A stretch of 61,637 nucleotides of DNA, from positions 1-61,637 of the forward strand of contig LCPQ01000006.1 in assembly GCA_001003705.1 (NCBI GenBank), given 5' to 3'. Source of the stretch: Parcubacteria group bacterium GW2011_GWA2_48_9 (GTDB lineage Bacteria; Patescibacteriota; Patescibacteriia; UBA10025). A program made the position numbers and the translations under genes. This document shows positions 8,377-15,105 of this stretch, piece after piece; position 1 is the stretch's first letter, and each line of letters starts with the position of its first letter. Under the pieces are notes generated by a model. The model made no database searches. It was not told the origin of the DNA and saw only the letters and a list, made by a program, of their open reading frames with translations.

Positions 8377-10347
8377 ATGAAGAAGCAAGACGATACATCT
8401 CCACCGGCTTCATCAGAAGAAACAGTCGCAGATAAGAAAGAAACGAGAAAACTGCCGGTACAGTCTATCCCGAGCGATAATTCACCCGCAAACCCCCCAA
8501 AAGCGAAGTTTTCCGTAAAACGTATTGCGGAGATTTATGCAGATGGGGGAAAGCCTCCCGACATGTCGAAAATCATCCGGAAAGACCCTCTTAGGAAAAA
8601 GAAGGTTTTTCTCATCATTATTTTTATCCTCATAGTTCTGTTTGCTACTTCACTCGCCGGACTCCATTTTTTCAATGAAAGCCAGAATCAGTTCTCCGGA
8701 GACCGGGTCGAATTGGCTGTCCAAGGATCTGAGCAGGTGGCTTCTGGTGAGGAAATCGAACTTCGTGTCGTGATAAAAAACGGTGAACACATTACGCTCA
8801 CGGGCGGGGAACTTACCGTGTTGTACCCAGCCAACTTTCGCCTGAGCGAAAGTGAACCTGAACCACTTGTTGACCGAACTAATGTATGGGGCGTAGACGA
8901 CCTCTTTAGCGGGGACGAGACAGCCATAGTACTTCACGGTTCCGTGATAGGGGAGGTTGGTGATGATAAGTTGTTCGCGTTTACGTATAGCTATGTGCCT
9001 GAAAGCTTAGGCACCGACTTTGAAGAGTCTGTGAACTTTACTATGACTATCACATCTTCAATTATCAATCTCGATGTTGAAGCGCCTATTCGTGTAGGGG
9101 TCGGTAAGGAAACTACGTTTATTATTACATATCGGAATGAGTCAAAGGAGCCGCTTGAACGCGTTCGCATAGTCGCGACGTATCCAGAAGGGTTCTCTGT
9201 GATCGGGAGCACTCCCGAAGCGGATGAAGGAGCAAATACTTGGGAGATTGCAAAATTAGATAGTGATCAGGAAGGTACCATCACCGTTCGCGGCACGTTA
9301 AGCGGCCTGGGCGGAGAAACCAAGGAACTGAAAGTCCAGATCGGCATTATAGAAGGAGACGCTACCTTCAGGCTGCAAGTTGAGAGTACGTCGCTCATCC
9401 TTTTGTTGAAACCGGAGTTATCGCTGACGCTGTCTGTGGACGGTAGCGAGGCGGGTGGCATCTCCTCACTTGGAGACTTGCTGTCGTATACCGTTGCCTA
9501 TGTCAATAATGGTGATGTGGAAGTGAGGGATGTTACGATTACCCTCACGCTTTCTTCAGACGTTCTCGATTGGGACAAATTTATAGATCCCCAGAATGGT
9601 AATCGTAACGGGGCGACGATCACATGGACAAAAGACCAGGTACAGGCCTTAGAGTCGGTCAAGGCGGGTGACGGCAGTGAATTTACCTTTTCCGTTCCCG
9701 TACATGAGGATCCTTTTGAAGTACAGGAAATGAAAAAGAATCTTTCCGTGACTGCAAACGCGCGGGCTACCTCGACGAAAGTTACCGATCTCGAAGGCCA
9801 AAGTTTCGAGACTGACAGCAACACTACCGTCACAAAGATAGCGACAGATCTCACGTTTCACTCCCAAGCCCGCTATTATTCAGATGAATCGTTGCAGGTC
9901 GGGTATGGTCCACTGCCGCCAGTCGTTGGTGAAAAAACTACTTACCGTGTTTACTGGAATCTTTCTAATACGACGAACGAAATATCCGACGTCGTTGTGT
10001 CTACGACACTGCCCGAGACTATCATATGGACAGGGACGACATCGGTATCGGCTGGTGATCAACTACTGTACGATAAAAAGAAACATACCGTTACGTGGAA
10101 TGTAAATCGCATCCCCGTAGGCGCCGGGACGCTTTTTGCTGAGCTTGAAGCGTATTTCGACGTTGCGGTTAACCCCGTGTCGGCAGATGTCGGTGACATC
10201 CTTGTTTTAAATGAAACCAGCACTGCGAAAGGAACCGATTCCTATACAGAGGAAGAACTTTCTATTACCAATGAGCTTCTGACTACTGACCTGGAGTCAG
10301 ATCCTCAGGCAAAAGGCAAAGGCATCGTCACAGAGGCCACGGAGTAA
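8377..10347 (+). CDS. N-terminally anchored surface protein with repeated beta-sandwich (DUF11/CARDB-like) modules
   Basis: Low-complexity N-terminus, one TM helix (VFLIIIFILIVLFATSLAGL), then repeated about 100-aa segments rich in T/S/V/E with recurring patterns such as G..I...V...N.G. ATG 8377 follows a TATACT -10 box. Confidence 0.6.
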   Translation: MKKQDDTSPPASSEETVADKKETRKLPVQSIPSDNSPANPPKAKFSVKRIAEIYADGGKPPDMSKIIRKDPLRKKKVFLIIIFILIVLFATSLAGLHFFNESQNQFSGDRVELAVQGSEQVASGEEIELRVVIKNGEHITLTGGELTVLYPANFRLSESEPEPLVDRTNVWGVDDLFSGDETAIVLHGSVIGEVGDDKLFAFTYSYVPESLGTDFEESVNFTMTITSSIINLDVEAPIRVGVGKETTFIITYRNESKEPLERVRIVATYPEGFSVIGSTPEADEGANTWEIAKLDSDQEGTITVRGTLSGLGGETKELKVQIGIIEGDATFRLQVESTSLILLLKPELSLTLSVDGSEAGGISSLGDLLSYTVAYVNNGDVEVRDVTITLTLSSDVLDWDKFIDPQNGNRNGATITWTKDQVQALESVKAGDGSEFTFSVPVHEDPFEVQEMKKNLSVTANARATSTKVTDLEGQSFETDSNTTVTKIATDLTFHSQARYYSDESLQVGYGPLPPVVGEKTTYRVYWNLSNTTNEISDVVVSTTLPETIIWTGTTSVSAGDQLLYDKKKHTVTWNVNRIPVGAGTLFAELEAYFDVAVNPVSADVGDILVLNETSTAKGTDSYTEEELSITNELLTTDLESDPQAKGKGIVTEATE

Positions 10348-10450
10348 ATTTTTTCACATCTGCAAGCATCTTGCTCTTTGCGGAGTTTTTTGATACTGTG
10401 ACGTCGTTTTCAAACAGAGATCATTCAACCATCAAGCCCTGGAGGCTGCA

Positions 10451-10852
10451 ATGCCGGAACTCATTCCGCTCAGTCCGATAGCACGGATGTTCGGCGTCAG
10501 TGAAGTAGGTCTCACAGACACGGAGTATACAGTGATATCAGTCCCATCAGCCGATGTCGCGAACTGCATGGGTCGAGTGAGCGGCGGGTACCTCGCCATG
10601 ATTCTCGATGACACGATGTCACGGCACCTTACGAAAGTGTTGGGTCTGCACGTCGCCTTCACCATCACACTGACTGTTCAGTTTCCAGATGGGGCGGCTG
10701 TGGGTGACACGCTCATGGTGACGACAAGAGTCGTGCGTACGGGCAACAAAGTTTCCTTCATGGAAGGAACGGTGAGGTGCGGTTCGAGAACTCTCACCAC
10801 CGCGACAGCGAGCTTCGGCAACGCTGTGCCACGTTCTCGGCTTGAGATATGA
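10451..10852 (+). CDS. PaaI/hotdog-fold thioesterase
   Basis: 133 aa. NCMGRVSGGYLAMILDDTM and the C-terminal GNKVSFMEGTVR...TATASF match the PaaI-type 4HBT fold pattern. Its own terminator lies at 10886-10920. Confidence 0.7.
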   Translation: MPELIPLSPIARMFGVSEVGLTDTEYTVISVPSADVANCMGRVSGGYLAMILDDTMSRHLTKVLGLHVAFTITLTVQFPDGAAVGDTLMVTTRVVRTGNKVSFMEGTVRCGSRTLTTATASFGNAVPRSRLEI

Positions 10853-10885
10853 GCATGGAAGTGCGATTTACCATCGCATTCTTTG

Positions 10886-10920
10886 GAGCCCCGTACATTG
10901 CGTTATGGGGCTCTTTTCTT
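10886..10920 (+). terminator. intrinsic terminator after the thioesterase gene
   Basis: GAGCCCC-14 nt loop-GGGGCTC, then TTTTCTT. Confidence 0.7.
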
Positions 10921-11019
10921 ACTATCATTGACACAGTACGTGGAGCTGGTACCCTGTAACGCACCTGCAATACCAGGTCCTCGTTCTTTCTCACATCTTG
11001 CAGTCTTCCTGCAAAAAAT

Positions 11020-11116
11020 GACCGTGGCTATGCTCACCTTTGGTTCCGAATCTCATCCACTGAGCGCGCGGCAACTGACTATCCACGCCGCATAGCCACG
11101 GTCTTTGTTTTTGTTT
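11020..11116 (+). terminator. orphan long stem-loop with T-tract (13-bp perfect stem)
   Basis: GACCGTGGCTATG (11020-11032) pairs with CATAGCCACGGTC (11091-11103), followed by TTTGTTTTTGTTT. Confidence 0.5.
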
Positions 11117-11143
11117 GACATACGCGCAGTGACTTGGTACTGT
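11115..11143 (+). promoter_or_regulatory. sigma70-like promoter of the OMP-like gene
   Basis: TTGACA-17 nt-TACTGT. Confidence 0.5.
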
Positions 11144-11199
11144 TGGACAATTGCTAACAGAAATACAGACAATAGCTCATCACAATCGGGGAGGGACTC

Positions 11200-12519
11200 A
11201 TGAGGAGATTTCTGCAGTTGGTGGTTGTCTGCTGCATTGCGTGGCAGGCGGGAAATGCGCTCGGACAAGACAGTACGACGAACGAGCAACGGGTGTTCGA
11301 TAATATCAGGCTAACCTCGGGGTTCAAGTCGCTTGACCTGATGGTCGGTGACGGTTCCCGGGGTGATTACTCGGCAGCGAAGTTGGAGCTGGACGCGGGT
11401 TCGCAGCGCACCACTCTGTACAGTTTTACACTCACATCCACGAACTACGGCGATGCTGACATCTTGGGCCTTGATGCAATAGCGCGCGCCATATCACTCG
11501 GATTTACTGTTCCAGCATTTCCAACACTGACATTCCGAGGAGTCTACAATAACTGGATCGAGTATCCCTCGTCGGAAGCAGTAGATGCATACGGCTTTTA
11601 CGGCGATTTCGTGCCCGATACCGTATGGCGTGTGGAATTCGGGACAGAGCAGTTCTTCAATCAAGCTCCCGAACTTTACTACACGACTGTATTTCGTTCG
11701 ATGTCGGACTCGTCACTGTTCAGCAAGTTCGCGGCTGGAGTATCGAATCGGTACAACCAACAGCAAGCCGAGCATCAGTTCGAGAGCCGGTTCATGATGG
11801 GTGGCATTGTCCGACTTGCACTTGATACTCAATTCACGGTACTTATTGCCAGTGCTGTCAGCGGACGCCTCGATCCCATTTCCTGGAATTCAGACGACCG
11901 GGCAGTGAATGTCGGTTTGGCGATACCTATCGCGTTTGAGGATCATCGTCCATGGGCACCAAGTACCTATATGAGTTACCGTACGCGCCCTGGCAGCCGC
12001 AACGTGCTCATCTTCGGCGGTCTTGGCGGAAAAGCAGTTAATACCTTCGTGGTGGACGCGCTTTTCCGGTCCGGATTCCAAGCCTTGTTGATTCCCACCA
12101 GGGTGGTGAACAATCGTACATTCAACATCGCCGTGCTGAAGAGTCACGCATCGGAGTTTGGTCGGCTCGCATGGGAGATCGCGTGGTATCAGTTTGACAT
12201 TACAGAATCGATATCCGCAACCGCATTTGAAGCAGGTGCCTACTTCACGGTCCAGAACTGGTCTCCACTAGGTTTGCGGCAACCCTTCATCGGGTATGCG
12301 AACTCGTACGAAGATCAGATCTACTTCGACTACGGGACCTACCAGTTACGGAGCGCTGGGCATACCCAGCATGTTGTGGAGCTTGGCGGCCGTTTCCGTA
12401 TCGGTATTCCAGCTCGACGTGGATTCGAGAGGGGGTACTGTCGTATCGGCGTTTCAACGCTGTTCGGTTCCAGCGGCAAGTATGAAGGAACCATGCTCGA
12501 ACTGACGGGCTGGTTCTAG
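11200..12519 (+). CDS. signal-peptide protein with outer-membrane beta-barrel-like features
   Basis: Signal-like N-terminus MRRFLQLVVVCCIAWQAGNALGQ. The composition is rich in Y/F/G/N/S/T with alternating hydrophobic stretches, and the C-terminus is ...MLELTGWF (terminal Phe). Strong SD GGGGAGGG, with its own promoter and terminator. Confidence 0.4.
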   Translation: MRRFLQLVVVCCIAWQAGNALGQDSTTNEQRVFDNIRLTSGFKSLDLMVGDGSRGDYSAAKLELDAGSQRTTLYSFTLTSTNYGDADILGLDAIARAISLGFTVPAFPTLTFRGVYNNWIEYPSSEAVDAYGFYGDFVPDTVWRVEFGTEQFFNQAPELYYTTVFRSMSDSSLFSKFAAGVSNRYNQQQAEHQFESRFMMGGIVRLALDTQFTVLIASAVSGRLDPISWNSDDRAVNVGLAIPIAFEDHRPWAPSTYMSYRTRPGSRNVLIFGGLGGKAVNTFVVDALFRSGFQALLIPTRVVNNRTFNIAVLKSHASEFGRLAWEIAWYQFDITESISATAFEAGAYFTVQNWSPLGLRQPFIGYANSYEDQIYFDYGTYQLRSAGHTQHVVELGGRFRIGIPARRGFERGYCRIGVSTLFGSSGKYEGTMLELTGWF

Positions 12520-12544
12520 TCATCTGTAGGAGGTTTGCAGTAAC

Positions 12545-12572
12545 GGCGAGACCAGCGGTCTCGCCTTTTCTT
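12545..12572 (+). terminator. intrinsic terminator after the OMP-like gene
   Basis: GGCGAGACC-agc-GGTCTCGCC, then TTTTCTT. Confidence 0.8.
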
Positions 12573-12577
12573 ATGCA

Positions 12578-12606
12578 TTGACAATGAGGTGTTTTCGTGG
12601 TAGGTT
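12578..12606 (+). promoter_or_regulatory. sigma70-like promoter
   Basis: TTGACA-17 nt-TAGGTT, upstream of 12658. Confidence 0.45.
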
Positions 12607-12657
12607 GAGGTGCTCTTTATTTTGCAGTACGAATAGGAATCACTCCCGGACATAGGA

Positions 12658-13077
12658 ATGTCCAGAATGCTCTTCAGCTGTAAGGGGTGTCCTATGAGAA
12701 CGTCGGTGCCGCGGATTCCCGTGATTTTCGTCTCCGGACGAGATGATATCGGAAATCCCAGCGCAGTTCGCGAACAGATTCAGACAGCGACGCCATCTGC
12801 TGTCGCTGTGGTTAAGCCGGTCTCCCAACTCGTGAAATTTTGCGAGGAGGCGATCGTTCCAGACTTGGTGGTCTTCACCAATCTGAATAATGAGGGGGTC
12901 GAAACGATCCCCATCATTATGCGGCTTCGCGAACTCGGTATCCAGGTGGTCGTCATGGTGAGCTCGCTCACCGAGAAGGCAGCCAGGAGCATTGGCGGTG
13001 TCCATACCATCCGGAAGCCAGCGCCATGGCGGTCGCTCATTGAAACCGTCATTCGTGCGCTTCCGGCTACTGCGTAG
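12658..13077 (+). CDS. degenerate CheY-like receiver-domain remnant
   Basis: Two partial REC-like segments: IPVIFVSGRDD...AVAVVKP and PDLVVFTNLNNEG...VVVMVSS...IRKP. The acceptor-Asp position reads T/N. All three frames are open here, so the call is tentative. Confidence 0.35.
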   Translation: MSRMLFSCKGCPMRTSVPRIPVIFVSGRDDIGNPSAVREQIQTATPSAVAVVKPVSQLVKFCEEAIVPDLVVFTNLNNEGVETIPIIMRLRELGIQVVVMVSSLTEKAARSIGGVHTIRKPAPWRSLIETVIRALPATA

Positions 13078-13096
13078 CACTTTCCCTCCGTTTTGC

Positions 13097-13131
13097 GAGC
13101 CGCTGTCACCCTCTGACGGCGGCTCTTCTCT
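13097..13131 (+). terminator. intrinsic terminator
   Basis: GAGCCGCTGTCA-ccctc-TGACGGCGGCTC, then TTCTCT. Confidence 0.65.
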
Positions 13132-13215
13132 ATGGGAAAAATTACGTTTGCACGCTTTTCAAAATGTTGCTACACTTTTTGAGGCGACCTATTTATTATC
13201 AAATAAGGAAATGTT

Positions 13216-13974
13216 ATGGCCGACCAATCCATGTCCCAACCACAAGAACTGACGAAGAAACAGAGGAAAGAAATGCGCAGAGAAGAACGGAGAAATGAGG
13301 AACAAAACGTGCGACGGAGTTCTATCAGAAAGAAGTATTTCGGATGGGGCGGGATCAGCATTGGGATCGCCCTCCTCATTGTATGGGCTGTTTTGAGTTC
13401 CGGGGGCAGTAATGGTACGAATAGTGCGCTTGCTCCAGATAATGATCCCTTTAAAGGCATCGCTGATGCCCAAGTCGTATTGACCGAATATTCGGATTTT
13501 CAGTGTCCAGCGTGTAAATCAGCCTTGCCTATTGTTCAGCAAGTTATCGACACGTACGCCGATCGAATCAAAATTACCTACAATAACTTTCCTCTCTCTT
13601 CAATTCACCAGAATTCAGATGAAGCAGCTAAGGCGGGGGAGTGTGCGTTTGACCAGAATAAATTCTGGGAATACCACGACATGCTCTACGACCGCCAAGA
13701 CCTCTGGGCAAATATGTCTGATCCACAGGAAACCTTTACCAACTATGCGCAGGAAGTCGGAATGGATACTGGTGTTTTTAACACTTGCTACGACGGTTCC
13801 GATGCGAAAGATCGGGTCGAATATGACAAGCGAGAGGGCAATACTCGAGGGATCAACTCTACCCCAACCTTTATGGTTGATGATGAAGTTGTGCGCAGTG
13901 TCCGGAGTTTTGCAGATCTGCAGGAAGTAATCGATGCGGCACTGGGAAACACCAATCAATCGGTAACGAAATAA
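13216..13974 (+). CDS. membrane-anchored DsbA-family thiol:disulfide oxidoreductase
   Basis: Lys/Arg/Glu-rich N-terminus, one TM helix (WGGISIGIALLIVWAVL), and a thioredoxin fold with the active site FQCPACK. Confidence 0.85.
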   Translation: MADQSMSQPQELTKKQRKEMRREERRNEEQNVRRSSIRKKYFGWGGISIGIALLIVWAVLSSGGSNGTNSALAPDNDPFKGIADAQVVLTEYSDFQCPACKSALPIVQQVIDTYADRIKITYNNFPLSSIHQNSDEAAKAGECAFDQNKFWEYHDMLYDRQDLWANMSDPQETFTNYAQEVGMDTGVFNTCYDGSDAKDRVEYDKREGNTRGINSTPTFMVDDEVVRSVRSFADLQEVIDAALGNTNQSVTK

Positions 13975-14050
13975 ACTCAGTAGGTATTACTGTGTTGATT
14001 TACACAAATGAAAGATAGGAGCGTACTAGTCCTTATAAACTAATTCTTTT

Positions 14051-14581
14051 ATGATACCCATGTTTATCACTACGCGAAAAGCTCGACATGAAGATAGCCA
14101 AGCAATTGCACACTTGCTGTATGCGCATTATTCGTTTTCATCTGAACAGGAAGCCAATGAAACCTTTCAGCGGGAATATGCGCTTCATTACCACTTTCGC
14201 GTGGCTGAATCCGAAGGGAGGATTGTGGGTATTGTTAGTTGGCGGATGCACGGTTTAATGAAGCATGGGATTATTAAATTAAAACGGGCGGCTGTATCAT
14301 TAGAAGCGCAGCAATGGGAAGATGTGCTTGAAGTTCTTTTCGATGCAGCGCTAGCGGACGCAGATTGGTATTATCGGACCCACGGTACCGCTCTTCGGAA
14401 AGTGTATACGGTGATTCCGAAGAACCACGATCCGATGCATGTATTTTTGCAAGAAAAAGGAATGGAGCTTGAGGCCGTACTCAGGGATCATTACTACCAG
14501 GGACGCGATGAATACCTGTATTCTTTATTTTTGAATCAGCCGCAAAATTTCAAAGCGCTTCTCTCATCCACAGGAGCGTAG
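14051..14581 (+). CDS. GNAT-fold-like protein lacking the canonical acetyl-CoA loop
   Basis: The pattern IT.RKA..ED..AI..L ... VAESEGRIVGIVSW resembles GNAT beta strands, but no R/Q-x-x-G-x-G/A motif was seen. Confidence 0.4.
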   Translation: MIPMFITTRKARHEDSQAIAHLLYAHYSFSSEQEANETFQREYALHYHFRVAESEGRIVGIVSWRMHGLMKHGIIKLKRAAVSLEAQQWEDVLEVLFDAALADADWYYRTHGTALRKVYTVIPKNHDPMHVFLQEKGMELEAVLRDHYYQGRDEYLYSLFLNQPQNFKALLSSTGA

Positions 14582-14658
14582 AATCACGCACATTCGGAAC
14601 AGTTTTTTTGCACTTGGTATTTCCAGGAGTGCCACGACTATGAGAGTTGTGGCATATT

Positions 14659-14687
14659 TTGACTTTTTGCCCCAAAAATGCTAGAAT
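14659..14687 (+). promoter_or_regulatory. sigma70-like promoter
   Basis: TTGACT-17 nt-TAGAAT, 13 nt upstream of ATG 14701. Confidence 0.6.
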
Positions 14688-14700
14688 TAATGTGATAAAA

Positions 14701-15102
14701 ATGAAAAGTATGTCAAATAGTGTTGCCTGGGCAGCGACAAAATACATTCTGATCGAGGTGCTTCTTGATGTCGTGTACTTTCCCGTATGGTGGTATACGA
14801 AAGGAGTGGTGAAGCTCGGCCGATATTGCATCGCAAGTCTCGCAATGAGAGCCAGAAACCTTTCGCTGGGTATTTGGCTGAAAAACATGTTCACGCCGAT
14901 GTTCGGTCAGTACGACTGGCAGGGGAGACTGATCAGTTTTATGATGCGCGTCGTGATGCTCGTATATAAGTTTATTGCGTTCGGCGTATGGGCAATTATT
15001 GTCACGCTCCTCTTCGTGTTTTGGCTGGTCGTGCCGGTTGCAGCGGGATGGTACGCGCTTTATCAAATGGTGAATCTTCCGTTACCATTCTTACCTAGTT
15101 AG
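14701..15102 (+). CDS. conserved-type small membrane protein
   Basis: ATG 14701 follows a TTGACT-17-TAGAAT promoter. Three to four hydrophobic helices (FPVWWY..., VMLVYKFIAFGVWAIIVTLLFVFWLVVPVAAGW). Confidence 0.6.
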   Translation: MKSMSNSVAWAATKYILIEVLLDVVYFPVWWYTKGVVKLGRYCIASLAMRARNLSLGIWLKNMFTPMFGQYDWQGRLISFMMRVVMLVYKFIAFGVWAIIVTLLFVFWLVVPVAAGWYALYQMVNLPLPFLPS

Positions 15103-15105
15103 CTC

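Noticed and set aside
11041-11062. A tRNA-like T-arm string, GGTTCCGAATCTCATCC. More generally, a search for tRNA genes in all spacers.
   Set aside because: There is no matching acceptor, D or anticodon stem around it. No GGTTCGAATCC-type T-loop with cloverleaf context was seen in any intergenic region.
12640-13109. The minus-strand ORFs 12640-13080 and 12780-13109 as alternatives to the receiver-like ORF.
   Set aside because: Their translations show no domain-like patterns, whereas the plus frame shows REC-like beta4/alpha4/beta5 KP motifs and sits between a promoter and a terminator on the plus strand. Even so, confidence in the plus-strand call is low.
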